A stretch of 38,912 nt of DNA. Origin: a virus (lineage: Duplodnaviria; Heunggongvirae; Uroviricota; Caudoviricetes). The position numbers and the translations under genes were made by a program. The DNA is taken from the IMG/VR virus record IMGVR_UViG_2740892107_000002; one strand, given 5' to 3'. The notes beneath the pieces are model-generated. The model did no database searches. It had not been told where the DNA came from and saw only the letters and a list, made by a program, of their open reading frames with translations. The number at the start of each line of letters is the position of its first letter. The stretch's first letter is position 1. Positions 9,537-19,309 of the stretch are shown here, piece after piece.

Positions 9537-12226
9537 CAGCGGTACTCCTTACGTTGTTTCTGAGCCAGCAGACGCTCCAGCATTTTTTCCAGCTCATGCA
9601 GACTCATATTCAGGGCACCAGTCAGTCCTGCAGGCGCTGTGGTTTCCCTGCCATTGAGGAAAAACTGAGGATTAAAGCTGACCTGGATACCACCAGACGT
9701 TCCACCGCCGGTTGCAGCTGCACCACGGCCTGAATATCCGGCAGCCAGGATTTCAGGCGAGGGGATACGGGGAACATCCGGTGTCATCTCATTTGCCAGA
9801 CGTTGCCCTGGTAAAATCGATGCCCGGGTGGAGAGCGGAATAGCGGGCATGGAAGACAAACTATTGATTACGGCTCCGATCGCATTTTTAGCAGACGACA
9901 TAAACCCATTGATATCGGGCAACGGCATACTGAAGCGAACACCTGAAGTGTTATCCCGTATTTCTGGCCCCTGGATGCTCACGGGCATTCTGGGGAGCAG
10001 TTCACTGGCCATTCGCTGCCCGGCCAGAGCTGCAAGCGGAGTGGTCCGCTGCAGGCCAATGGCGGCCCCCTGCGCGATATTGTCACCAAAGCCCATAAAC
10101 ACGCGGCTCGGCGAATGAATGCCCAGCTTTTCGCTGAACCAGCCACTGATGCTGTCACCCATTCCGGTTACACTGGATTTGAGCGACTCCCATTTGTTTT
10201 TGATACCGTTAATCAGACCATCGACAAGATGGCCACCGAAGTCGGTAAACTTTGCCGGCAGATCAACACCAAGATATTTCAGCGCAGCTGCAAAGGCTTT
10301 ATAGAGCAGGCCTGCCGGCGACCAGTTAATCAGTAACTTACCAATTCCCACAATGCCGCCGTTAAAGGCTTCCTGAATGTCTGCCCAGCGCTGTTTAAAC
10401 CAGCCACTGACTGCCCCCCAGTTGCGGTAGATAAGGTAAGCTGCTGCCGCGACAGCGGTGATAACGAGACCGATGGGATTCATCATCAGCGCACGTCCAA
10501 TCCAGAGAACAGCACGTCCGGCGAGCATAATTCCGCGAACCAGCCCCCCGGAGAGCACGCCACTCAGTGTTCTGGCTCCTCTGGCGACGGCGCTAAATCC
10601 GGTCACCAGCCAGCGGAGCTTACCGCCTTGCCCCAGTGCGAGCGACAGACGAAGCCAGTTGGCCCGAAGTAAAACAGCATTTTTCCAGACACTTACAAAG
10701 GGGGAAATAAGGAGATTCAGCCCCAGTTTGAGACCAACAGTCGCTATCTTAATCGCAAGGAGCGCACTGATGAGCTTAAAAGCCCCACTGACAAATTGCG
10801 GGTGAGTCGCTACCCAGTGTTTTGCCCCCTGAATGAGTGGAAGCAGTTCCTGAGTCAAAGAAATAAAAGATGGAGCTAATTGATCGCCCAGCGTAATTGC
10901 CAGATCGCGACTGCTGACCATAAGTGTTTTAGTGGCTTCAAGGGGAGATTTCAGCCGCTGATCATAAGCACTGGCAAGCAAATCGTTATCCGCAGCCCTG
11001 AGAGCACCGGCACGGATCTCTCGATATCTGTCCATGTTGGCCAGCATCGGGCGGATAAATGCCATGACCTGCATATCCGCGAACATATCGCCCAGACCAA
11101 AGTTTTTCGCCAGAGCCTGAAGTGCCTCATCTCTTGCCGTATCATTCTTTATTTTCATGGCTGATTTGAAGCCGGCCAGCGCTTCGGGGCTTTTGGCATT
11201 GAGGTAACGTTCTATAACACTCAACATCCCTTCAATCGGAGAGATCCCCGCAGCTTTATAACTCGCAATAGATCCCTGCAAATCAATACCCAGATCAGCA
11301 AACTGTTTCTGAGTATCGCGGGCAAAAATTTTGGTAAGAAAGTTTTTAAAATTATTGGCTGCTTCGTCGGTGGAACCTGCACCGATTTTTGCTATCTGGA
11401 GACTGGCCCCGATTTCAGCAACAGCCTCTTTTCCACTGGCAATACCCGCCATCATTGGGGCCAGGGACTGCATCCACTTGACCTGATCCGGGATTTCAAA
11501 TGACCCCTGGTCACCGGCATAAGCCATAATATTCTGAACGGCACCAAAATCTCTGGCCGCACCTTTCAGGGAGTTTTGCCAGACTGCGGCCACTTTTGCC
11601 CAGTCCTGAGCAGACGTGCGTGTTGCCGTTGCCGCGCGGGCAATATCCGGCATCAGAAAACCGATATCTGACACATTATCAATATTGTCGCTGATGAGTG
11701 AACCCACCGCCTCCTGCAGCTCATCCTGATACTGATTGTATTTAAGCGCCCAGCCTTTTATCTGTCCGGCAAGTCCATCCCGCGTTTTATTGTCATATTT
11801 TGCGGTGATCGACATATCAATCATTTTGTCCTGAAAAGACATGGACTGCTGAACGGCAGGGGAAACCGTATGATAAACAGTCTGTGCCATGCCATACGCT
11901 TCAATCCCCTGACCATACAGCGCCATGCGGTTAGCTTTCAGCGCATCACTGGTAGCGGATGCCGCTGACAGACGGCGCTGCTGGCGCTCAATTTGCTCCA
12001 TGGTGCGGCTTACCCGCAGCAGCTCGCTGTTGAGATGCTGCATCCGGGAAGAACCCAGTTGACCATAACGTTCTGTTGCACGGGTTAAAGCGTTCTGACG
12101 TTCCTGCAGGCGGCGTGAGGTATCGCTCAGGGAATCAAGCGCACGGCGGGTACCGCTCATTGCAGAACGGAATGTGCTACCAATCATCCCGCCGATAACA
12201 ACGCCGACTGAAAACTGTCCCGACAT
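9536..12226 (-). CDS. tail tape measure protein
   Basis: 896 aa, helix-rich N-terminal third, hydrophobic central segments; located after the frameshifted chaperone. Confidence 0.88.
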   Translation of the reverse strand: MSGQFSVGVVIGGMIGSTFRSAMSGTRRALDSLSDTSRRLQERQNALTRATERYGQLGSSRMQHLNSELLRVSRTMEQIERQQRRLSAASATSDALKANRMALYGQGIEAYGMAQTVYHTVSPAVQQSMSFQDKMIDMSITAKYDNKTRDGLAGQIKGWALKYNQYQDELQEAVGSLISDNIDNVSDIGFLMPDIARAATATRTSAQDWAKVAAVWQNSLKGAARDFGAVQNIMAYAGDQGSFEIPDQVKWMQSLAPMMAGIASGKEAVAEIGASLQIAKIGAGSTDEAANNFKNFLTKIFARDTQKQFADLGIDLQGSIASYKAAGISPIEGMLSVIERYLNAKSPEALAGFKSAMKIKNDTARDEALQALAKNFGLGDMFADMQVMAFIRPMLANMDRYREIRAGALRAADNDLLASAYDQRLKSPLEATKTLMVSSRDLAITLGDQLAPSFISLTQELLPLIQGAKHWVATHPQFVSGAFKLISALLAIKIATVGLKLGLNLLISPFVSVWKNAVLLRANWLRLSLALGQGGKLRWLVTGFSAVARGARTLSGVLSGGLVRGIMLAGRAVLWIGRALMMNPIGLVITAVAAAAYLIYRNWGAVSGWFKQRWADIQEAFNGGIVGIGKLLINWSPAGLLYKAFAAALKYLGVDLPAKFTDFGGHLVDGLINGIKNKWESLKSSVTGMGDSISGWFSEKLGIHSPSRVFMGFGDNIAQGAAIGLQRTTPLAALAGQRMASELLPRMPVSIQGPEIRDNTSGVRFSMPLPDINGFMSSAKNAIGAVINSLSSMPAIPLSTRASILPGQRLANEMTPDVPRIPSPEILAAGYSGRGAAATGGGTSGGIQVSFNPQFFLNGRETTAPAGLTGALNMSLHELEKMLERLLAQKQRKEYR

Positions 12227-12301
12227 AGTGGTTAACCTCCGGGGAAGGTGAAAAGACGTGAGGGGATAACGCAGAACAGCCGCTACTGGCGGCTGTCTGT
12301 A

Positions 12302-12719
12302 CTATGATTTGTCGCCGTACTCGCTTTTTATTTGCTCTTCAGCCTGCTCCAGCCACATCTCCAGATCGTCAGTATCGAGGGCATCAATCTCCCCCGGCTG
12401 AAACCGGAACCATCTCGCCAGCAGCCCCTGCGCCTGCGTCAGCGCCCTAGTTGCTCTCACCCATCCCCGTGATGAGCTGAAATCGTTTCTGTAACTGCAG
12501 GTAATCAGCCAGATCCATATTGTCGAGATCTTCCGGGAGAAGACCAGTACTGCGGGCAATCAGCGGTTCGTCCCAGTCTGCCGGGTTTTTGCTGATTTTG
12601 CGCACCTGCTTCAGGTCTTTTACCGTCAGGCGTTTCAGTTCAACCTGCTCAATTCTGGTGCCTGCAGCAGTGGTGAAGGGATAAGACAATTTAAAAGTAT
12701 CGGATGGGGTCTGTGACAT
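12302..12719 (-). CDS. tail assembly chaperone, frameshift-extended form (programmed +1/-2 frameshift)
   Basis: ORF 12302..12559 (+1 frame) overlaps the 3' end of 12447..12719; candidate shift sites ACG GGG ATG GGT or AAC TAG G at the short-form stop; conserved arrangement upstream of tape measure genes. Confidence 0.6.
12447..12719 (-). CDS. tail assembly chaperone, short form (Mu gp41-like)
   Basis: 90 aa ORF directly upstream of the tape measure; overlapped at its 3' end by a second ORF in the +1 frame. Confidence 0.75.
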   Translation of the reverse strand: MSQTPSDTFKLSYPFTTAAGTRIEQVELKRLTVKDLKQVRKISKNPADWDEPLIARSTGLLPEDLDNMDLADYLQLQKRFQLITGMGESN

Positions 12720-12794
12720 GATTGTGCTCCTGTGTAAGTTCAGGGCAGTATGTCGGGAGAAGCGCGTGACGGATATTAAAGGAGATTAAGAAGA

Positions 12795-12810
12795 AGGGGC
12801 CGGAGCCCCT
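12795..12810 (-). terminator. GC hairpin (GGGGC-loop-GCCCC) followed by T-rich tract on the late strand
   Basis: Minus strand AGGGGCTCCGGCCCCT then TCTTCTTAATCT; could act as an attenuator within the tail operon. Confidence 0.3.
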
Positions 12811-12816
12811 GTGATG

Positions 12817-13065
12817 TCAGCAAGTGCGAAACCCCTTGCAGTTACGCAGGAAAGCGATGAGAAGCGTCTTTCCCTCAGATTTGCCGGTGCCGGAGAACCA
12901 GTGGTCGGGAGGCTCCCATGCTTCAATCAAATCCGCCAGTTTGCGGGCCTTTGAACGTGTGCAGTCAATCGGGTCATTGGTTTTACGGGTATTAAAAAGG
13001 GTTTCCACCCCCCGGAATATCAAGGAGGGTAAACCACGTACCATTTGACATGCCCAGTGCCGCAC
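12817..13065 (-). CDS. hypothetical small protein (GTG start), low confidence
   Basis: 82-aa ORF in the late-gene orientation between tube and chaperone; no recognisable family and no clear RBS. Confidence 0.25.
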   Translation of the reverse strand: MRHWACQMVRGLPSLIFRGVETLFNTRKTNDPIDCTRSKARKLADLIEAWEPPDHWFSGTGKSEGKTLLIAFLRNCKGFRTC

Positions 13066-13101
13066 ATCGTCTTCCTTTATCCGTCAGTTCAACACTCATC
13101 G

Positions 13102-13623
13102 TCAGCCCCCGATATTGATACGGTAGTCAGTCAGTTGATCAACACCGCCGACCCGGAAGATGTTGGCCAGATAGTCCAGTTGCAGCAGCTCTTCACCATC
13201 CAGTACCTGTCTGATATACGTGCAGGTGAAGCTACTGGAGAACTCGGCGTTCTCGTGCTGTTTGAACGTCCCCAGAGGGTTCTTCTTGAACATAATCGTC
13301 AGGAAGGTGACCAGCGGGATTTCGTCAATCAGCCCCTGCGAGCTGTAGCGCTGGACGCTGGAACGACACTGCAGTGCCAGCGACCTGTACGGGTTAGCGG
13401 CAGACAGCATCGCATCGCGGTAAAAGCTGTTCCATTTGATTTCGCCTTCCAGTTTGTCAAAACCAGCCGGGAGTTCCACCTTACCCACCATCCCCAGCGC
13501 CTTGTGTTCCTGCATAATCATGGAGACATCGGGGAGTTTAACTTCCTCAGCCCGTCCCAGCAGGTTAGTACCATCCAGATAGATGTTGGCATTCGTGATG
13601 CGGTTTATCTCAATCTTTGACAT
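13102..13623 (-). CDS. tail tube protein (Mu M-like)
   Basis: 173 aa immediately downstream of the sheath with overlapping stop/start. Confidence 0.75.
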   Translation of the reverse strand: MSKIEINRITNANIYLDGTNLLGRAEEVKLPDVSMIMQEHKALGMVGKVELPAGFDKLEGEIKWNSFYRDAMLSAANPYRSLALQCRSSVQRYSSQGLIDEIPLVTFLTIMFKKNPLGTFKQHENAEFSSSFTCTYIRQVLDGEELLQLDYLANIFRVGGVDQLTDYRINIGG

Positions 13624-15050
13624 CAGTTGCCCCCTTTCAGGGTTAACAGGTATTCCGAGGTGATCTCAGTCTCAAACGTCAGTCGCTCCAGCGGCGGTGG
13701 TGGCGTATATTTGTAGCTCAGCAACAGGTGCCCGGCGGCCAGCTCCGTCTCCGGATTGCGGGCCGGATCAAACCAGCAACGGAAGCCCAGTACCGCACCA
13801 TCACCAGTCATTTTGCGACCGTAGGCGTTGACCGACTCCGTCAGTGCATCAATCAGCGCCTGAGTAATCGGCATGTCGATGTACTGCTGGCTGAAATAAC
13901 GAATGGACTCGTTGATCACATCACCGGTGCGGCGAACGTTCTCAAAGTTACGCATATGGGTGACCGTTGGCCATGCTGCCGTCCGGTTACCCCACAGACG
14001 AAGGCCGCTGCCGTAACTGCTGAATACCGTGGTGATCCCCTGTTCGTTAAGCAGGTTTACCTCACTCTGCGGGTCATCAATCATCGCGGACAGCTGGCGC
14101 TCCACGCCGGTGATCCCCAGAATCTCCTGATTGGAGGATGACCACCAGTAGCCCTTGTCCAGATCGACTCTGGCACGCAGACCTGCTGCACGCTGGCTGA
14201 GCGGCTCCAGACGCTCTGTGTTTGTCACCGGGTCATATACCTTCACATGCGGATAGCACAGACGGACGCGGTCGGAGCTGGTATTGAAGTTGATGGTGCC
14301 TTCCGGGCCACGACCTGCCAGAGCCTGTGCAAAGGTGGTACCGACAGGCGCATCAATGTAGGTTACCGCGCCCAGCTTCTCTGCCATGGCGATAAGCTCA
14401 ACTGCGACACTCTTCTGGGTGCAGAACACCGGCGCAATCAGAATTTTGGCGAAATAGCCGTACAGGTTGAAGCTGTCGTTAAGCAGCTTCATGCCGGTTC
14501 GGTTTCCGGCGCTGTTCACCCCGCCGATGATGTCCGCCGCAGTCACCTTCGACGGGTCCGCGTACTCATAGCTCACCTTCACGCTGCCACCGGCCTCAAT
14601 AGCCTTGCCCAGGTTCGTGAGCACACCCGCCTGCGCATCAACACGGTAGTCCGTGTTCGCCGTGTGGGTGGTGCTGCCTTCACTGTTTTTCACCACCACA
14701 TTAGCGACAACCGGATGCGCCAGTCTGGCCTGCCCTGTCGATTTGTCAAAGGTAACCACCTCATCCTCGATCGCCGTTTTATGTTTCGCCGGGTCGAGGA
14801 CGTTAATGACCAGAACGGTGCCTGCACCATGGTCATAAATCGCATCCAGCGCCTGCGGAATGGTAAAGCCGGTGAACTGGCTGCCAAATGCCGCTGCGTC
14901 TTTCTCAGACAGGCACTGTACCAGCGTATTGACATCCCCCATCGGGGCGGTACCAATCAGGCCAATAACGGCAGATTTCACCGTTTTAACCGGGCGGGCT
15001 CCGTTTTCCACCTCAATGGTTTCGGGACCATGCAGATAGTTAGCTGCCAT
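13623..15050 (-). CDS. tail sheath protein (Mu L-like)
   Basis: 475 aa; size and position upstream of the tube gene are typical of contractile sheath proteins. Confidence 0.8.
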   Translation of the reverse strand: MAANYLHGPETIEVENGARPVKTVKSAVIGLIGTAPMGDVNTLVQCLSEKDAAAFGSQFTGFTIPQALDAIYDHGAGTVLVINVLDPAKHKTAIEDEVVTFDKSTGQARLAHPVVANVVVKNSEGSTTHTANTDYRVDAQAGVLTNLGKAIEAGGSVKVSYEYADPSKVTAADIIGGVNSAGNRTGMKLLNDSFNLYGYFAKILIAPVFCTQKSVAVELIAMAEKLGAVTYIDAPVGTTFAQALAGRGPEGTINFNTSSDRVRLCYPHVKVYDPVTNTERLEPLSQRAAGLRARVDLDKGYWWSSSNQEILGITGVERQLSAMIDDPQSEVNLLNEQGITTVFSSYGSGLRLWGNRTAAWPTVTHMRNFENVRRTGDVINESIRYFSQQYIDMPITQALIDALTESVNAYGRKMTGDGAVLGFRCWFDPARNPETELAAGHLLLSYKYTPPPPLERLTFETEITSEYLLTLKGGN

Positions 15051-15294
15051 GGGCGTCCTCCGTTTTCACTTCGCTGTCACTGCTGCTTCTGCGCTTTGGT
15101 GACTGCACAGCCGGTGTGACGGCGGGTTTAGTATCTTCTGGTACCGGCGTCAGATGCTTCAGCGCCACCAGTACCTTCACGTAGTCATGCTCCTCCGGCA
15201 GGGAAACCGCCTTCCCCGGCCAGAGCAGGATTTCGGTTCCGTCCGACAGCGTGACGCCGCTGGCCGGGCCGGAATAGCGGTATGCTTTCATCAC
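15040..15294 (-). CDS. hypothetical protein (Mu K/gp38 position)
   Basis: 84 aa, translationally coupled between the gp37-like and sheath genes. Confidence 0.5.
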   Translation of the reverse strand: MMKAYRYSGPASGVTLSDGTEILLWPGKAVSLPEEHDYVKVLVALKHLTPVPEDTKPAVTPAVQSPKRRSSSDSEVKTEDAHGS

Positions 15295-15755
15295 TCGCTT
15301 TCCTCATAGTTCACTTCGGTTAACAGCGGGCCGGACGGTAAATCGCTGTCTTCGATAAAGATGCTTTCAGTCGCGAAGTCGAGGGCGTATTGCCACAGCC
15401 CCCTGACTTCACCGATAAACACCTCGCGGGTCAGCCAGATACGGCGGCGGCAGCCGGGCGGGGTGTGGCCACCGAGAATGCGGCGGACAGCATCCAGGAC
15501 ATTAATCGCCCCTTTTTTACCGTTGAGCTGGCGGAAGACCACCGTGACGCAGAGCTGGATAGTCTGAGACTGGATCACCGCACCGGTATCATCCGGCCTG
15601 TCAAAGCGCGAACCGGCATAGCTCAGCAGCAACGCGCCAACCGGATGGTTCAGGCGATATTCAGCCGGTTTCTCCGGGAAGTACTCCACCTGCAGTTGCG
15701 GCAGCTTCTCGCGTAACCGGGCCAGTACCGCATCAAGGACGGGCAGAACGTTCAT
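15291..15755 (-). CDS. Mu gp37-like protein (head-tail joining region)
   Basis: 154 aa; conserved position in the Mu head-tail junction cluster. Confidence 0.6.
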   Translation of the reverse strand: MNVLPVLDAVLARLREKLPQLQVEYFPEKPAEYRLNHPVGALLLSYAGSRFDRPDDTGAVIQSQTIQLCVTVVFRQLNGKKGAINVLDAVRRILGGHTPPGCRRRIWLTREVFIGEVRGLWQYALDFATESIFIEDSDLPSGPLLTEVNYEESE

Positions 15756-16201
15756 CAGTATTTCTCCAGTAAACCGTCACGACCGCCGAAAGTGGCCGGG
15801 CGACTGCGTACACGAAACTCGCCAGGCTCAGGCACATCTTTCTGAGTGGACGGCAGCCCCAGCGTGAGCCTGTTATCACGTAACTCCCTGAGTTGCCGCA
15901 GCGCTTCTTTGTGGTCATCCTTCACCGTATCCGGGAGGTCACCTTCCGGGCGGCGGGCGTAGAGCCGGTAACGGACCAGCGTGATGGCAATGTCCCGCAG
16001 AACAGTCGGTATCTCTGCCAGTGGCAGGATATAGCGTCCGCGCAGATGGGCATCAATCAGCTCGTCGGCATAGCGGATACAGCTGTCCACCACACGGGTA
16101 TTCACTGTTGCAGGCGAGTCGAAGTCCATCTCTTCACTGGTGAGCTCGATAAGCGTCCGCTCCGGCACCTGCGCAAGCAAATCCTCCAGGGTGCAGTACA
16201 T
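15755..16201 (-). CDS. Mu gp36-like protein
   Basis: Start chosen at internal ATG (MYCTLEDLLAQ...) 1 nt after the upstream stop; the track ORF extends to a TTG at 16363, overlapping the upstream gene. Confidence 0.55.
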   Translation of the reverse strand: MYCTLEDLLAQVPERTLIELTSEEMDFDSPATVNTRVVDSCIRYADELIDAHLRGRYILPLAEIPTVLRDIAITLVRYRLYARRPEGDLPDTVKDDHKEALRQLRELRDNRLTLGLPSTQKDVPEPGEFRVRSRPATFGGRDGLLEKY

Positions 16202-16202
16202 G

Positions 16203-16541
16203 TCACACCCCGCGCAGGATACGAATGACGTCGCCTTCACCCCCGGCTTCATCAAGTGCAATACCACAGGATTTACCGTCGCCGGACTGCGGCACGGCTC
16301 TGGCCTGAGCATCTGACTGAACAGCCACACCACGGCTGACAGCGGCCCCGGCCTCGACAGCAATAATGCCCAGAACGCTCACCGGCGTGCTGTCGCCGGT
16401 AACAGCATCCACTTCGGCAACCCCGAGCGCTGCGGCACCGGCTTTACAGGGGGTATTATCTGCCCCGACAAAACGCTGCTGTGCCAGTGCTGCCCCTGCC
16501 GTTACGGTTGTGATCAGAATGACCTGCTGAGTGGTTCCCAT
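16203..16541 (-). CDS. hypothetical head protein (Mu J/gp35 position, Ala/Gly-rich)
   Basis: 112 aa directly after the major capsid gene. Confidence 0.5.
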   Translation of the reverse strand: MGTTQQVILITTVTAGAALAQQRFVGADNTPCKAGAAALGVAEVDAVTGDSTPVSVLGIIAVEAGAAVSRGVAVQSDAQARAVPQSGDGKSCGIALDEAGGEGDVIRILRGV

Positions 16542-16550
16542 AACGCCTCC

Positions 16551-17504
16551 TTATTTACTGATACCGGTAATGAGATACCCGGCATCGCCACCAACCACGG
16601 CGACTTTGTAGATATCGGTATAACGGCAGTACTTCACCTTGCCACCGGCTCCGTCGTATTTGTCGGCAACAGGCATCCCCTTACGACGCAGGGTGTAGCC
16701 GAAGGACGGCTCGTTCTCGTCCGCGCTGTCCGCCCCCGGCTGCGGTTTGCCGACATAGTGCAGCATCAGATTGTCTCCCCAGATATCCGCCGGCACGCTG
16801 TTCTTATCCATTGCCGCTTTCATGGACGGCAGGGAGACTGGGGCACCGATGACGATCTCTTCGATCTGAAAGAGGTCCTGCAGGATTTCTGTGGTGATGC
16901 GCTTGCGTTCGTTGGCTCCGATGGCGGCCTGAATCGCCGGGTGGAACTTCAGCAGCGCCATCACGCCGGCCCCCATGGTCATCAGGTTAGGACGCAGCCC
17001 CGTGGCCGTACGGACCGCTTCCATACCGGCTTCAATCACCCCGATGGGGTCCCCCTTACCACCGACCCAGCGATCACTGGCTGTCAGTTTTTTGACGTGC
17101 CCGGTACGGTAGACCTTTTCATCCTGAGCCAGACGGGCAGCGATAAGTTCACGGCGCAGGTTCACGCCATTCGTGGCGCGACGGATGGCCTTGCTCTCTT
17201 CGTTAAACATGGACTCCGCCTGCTCGCGATAGTCCACCGGCGCAGCCAGATCGTGTTCACCCAGCACCAGGTCCAGCGTGCCTGTTTTTTCACGAACCAG
17301 AACATTGCTGTCCGCCCCGACGGCACGCTCGGTGTCATATTCCACAAAGGCGGTTTTCCCGAAGGTCGGTACACGCACGCCTTCCTTGTCCGTCAGCACG
17401 ACGGGGAAAATACGTTCGCCGATGAATGCGGCATTTTTATAGCCACGGGCGATACTGGTCAGTACCGGATCAACGACACGTTTACCTTTTAAGTAATCAG
17501 ACAT
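16551..17504 (-). CDS. major capsid protein (Mu T-like)
   Basis: 317 aa; follows the I protease/scaffold gene, as in the Mu head module. Confidence 0.75.
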   Translation of the reverse strand: MSDYLKGKRVVDPVLTSIARGYKNAAFIGERIFPVVLTDKEGVRVPTFGKTAFVEYDTERAVGADSNVLVREKTGTLDLVLGEHDLAAPVDYREQAESMFNEESKAIRRATNGVNLRRELIAARLAQDEKVYRTGHVKKLTASDRWVGGKGDPIGVIEAGMEAVRTATGLRPNLMTMGAGVMALLKFHPAIQAAIGANERKRITTEILQDLFQIEEIVIGAPVSLPSMKAAMDKNSVPADIWGDNLMLHYVGKPQPGADSADENEPSFGYTLRRKGMPVADKYDGAGGKVKYCRYTDIYKVAVVGGDAGYLITGISK

Positions 17505-17518
17505 GCTCTCTCCTTAAA

Positions 17519-18634
17519 TTACAGGCAGCGTGCGACAGCAGCCTCATAGCTGATGCCTTCTTTTTTGGACAGGGCCACTGCTTTCTGATGCAGGGCCAGA
17601 CGCTCAGGATCGGCTTCCGCAAACTCTGCCACATCCACCTTCACCGTGTCGCCGACACGCTCTTTTGTGGCCTGTTCGGCGAAATTCATCACCGGCTCCC
17701 CGTCGGAGAGCAATGAACGAAAGGCGGTGGCCAGCGGTGTGCGGCTTTCCCCCTCAGCAAACTCCACCGGCTTGTCGCCACCGGCGACGGCATCCAGCAG
17801 GGCAACCACCACGGAGGAGGCGCGGGGAGCCAGACGGCCCTCTGCGACCAGTTTTTCTGCAAAGGCCACATTGTCCTTATGCAGTTGCTCCTGTCTGACC
17901 TGTGCATCACGCGCATCGCGATCAGCAGCCTGCTGCTTCAGGCGGCGGTTCTCCTCCTGAAGGGCTTCAATCTCTTCTTTTGTCATCGATGATTCCTCGT
18001 TACTTGCGGAAGACGGCACCTGGCCTGTCTCACTGAATTGCGCACCTGCTGCATCCTGCGACGGTGTGTCGCGGTACGCCTCTTCGCGCAGATTGTTGAG
18101 CTGCCATTCCGGCAGGACTTTTTCTGCTTCGTCCAGACTGAAGCGGGCGATCAGAAAATCGCGCAGCTTTCCCCACAGGGAGGCATTCGTGATGGCCTGC
18201 CAGTCGGCGAACTCCACCACACCTTCTTCCTGCTCACTGAAGGACACCTGTTTCAGCCCCTTGACGGAAGGTGGCTGTGCCCCGAGAAAGCCCACATGGC
18301 GCAGGTAGAGCACGCCGGGCTTCGGATTGGACGGTGAATCCGGGAGGTAGAAAGAGGCGGACACTTTTTTGAATCGTCCGTCGGTGACCATCTCAGCAAA
18401 CTGCGGGTCCAGCTGGGCAGGCTCTGCCATCAGATCGACGCCGCTGAGCGACAGGGCTTTCACCCAGCCCCACGCCGGGTCTTCCGTTCTGGGATGACCA
18501 ATCACGAGTGGTGCTTCATGGACGGACGGGTCATAGGCTTTCACGCAGGCGGCAAGATCGTCTGGCGTGAACGGCAGTTTTTTGCCGTGCATATCGGTAT
18601 GAGTACCGGCTTTAAAAATGTGAATGGCTGACAT
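17519..18634 (-). CDS. head maturation protease / scaffold (Mu I-like)
   Basis: 371 aa; N-terminal domain plus Glu/Ala/Gln-rich coiled-coil C-terminal half typical of Mu I/Z. Confidence 0.75.
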   Translation of the reverse strand: MSAIHIFKAGTHTDMHGKKLPFTPDDLAACVKAYDPSVHEAPLVIGHPRTEDPAWGWVKALSLSGVDLMAEPAQLDPQFAEMVTDGRFKKVSASFYLPDSPSNPKPGVLYLRHVGFLGAQPPSVKGLKQVSFSEQEEGVVEFADWQAITNASLWGKLRDFLIARFSLDEAEKVLPEWQLNNLREEAYRDTPSQDAAGAQFSETGQVPSSASNEESSMTKEEIEALQEENRRLKQQAADRDARDAQVRQEQLHKDNVAFAEKLVAEGRLAPRASSVVVALLDAVAGGDKPVEFAEGESRTPLATAFRSLLSDGEPVMNFAEQATKERVGDTVKVDVAEFAEADPERLALHQKAVALSKKEGISYEAAVARCL

Positions 18635-18652
18635 TTTGCTGTCCCGCGTTAT

Positions 18653-18708
18653 GTTGTCGGAGACAGTTTGTGAGAAATGCAGGCCCGGCGATTTTAATCT
18701 GCTTTAGA
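18653..18708 (-). promoter_or_regulatory. candidate late promoter (PI-like): TAAAAT -10 with conserved downstream CTGTCTCC box
   Basis: 213-bp gap upstream of the protease gene; minus-strand TTAAAATCG-N-CTGTCTCC with the same 24-nt spacing as the element upstream of the lysis operon. Confidence 0.5.
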
Positions 18709-18848
18709 AAACATCAGGGGAGAAGGACAGGGAAAGCAATACGGTGAACCGGAGGCGGTTATAAAACAGAGGCTGTAAAGCCTTTATAAAGGTAATACAG
18801 CCCCTCATTCGCTGGCAATGATAAATCACCCGCCTGAAGAGAGAAAAC

Positions 18849-19307
18849 TCAGCGACGGGCCGCTGATTCAAGATGGCGGACAATGGTATCGAGGATGGGG
18901 ATTACCACTTCAGGCTGTAGTTCTCCATCCCCCGTCACCGGCAGGAACGGGCGGGCCGGAAGTTCAACAGACTCATTACGCCCCGTTTTACCCCCGAACT
19001 GGTGAATGGCACCGTAAACAACGTTGGTCCCCACAACAGCCTGCCGGTCGTCATGGTCGGTTGATACTGACCCCATCAGACGCCCGGTATCCTGCAGTGT
19101 CTGCCCGTCACGCTCTTCCGCTGCCAGCGAGGGCATCCACCCCGGACGCCCCTCATCAAGAAAGTTAAACTGTGTTTCCGCCAGCAGGGTTCCGGCAATT
19201 TTGCGCATCGCGGGCTCCAGGTCTGTGGCAGCAAGATCCAGCGCACGGAGGCTCCGGCGCAGGGATTTATCGTTAATGGTGATACTGACCAGGTTATCGG
19301 AAGCCAT
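18849..19307 (-). CDS. virion morphogenesis protein (Mu G-like)
   Basis: 152 aa, position after the F-like gene. Confidence 0.65.
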   Translation of the reverse strand: MASDNLVSITINDKSLRRSLRALDLAATDLEPAMRKIAGTLLAETQFNFLDEGRPGWMPSLAAEERDGQTLQDTGRLMGSVSTDHDDRQAVVGTNVVYGAIHQFGGKTGRNESVELPARPFLPVTGDGELQPEVVIPILDTIVRHLESAARR

Positions 19308-19309
19308 TG

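Noticed and set aside
13045-13620. 191-aa plus-strand ORF (TTG start)
   Set aside because: Antisense to the tail tube gene; alternative start codon and no RBS.
14247-15119. 290-aa plus-strand ORF
   Set aside because: Antisense to the tail sheath gene; low-complexity Arg-rich translation.
16758-17492. 244-aa plus-strand ORF
   Set aside because: Antisense to the major capsid gene; no independent support.
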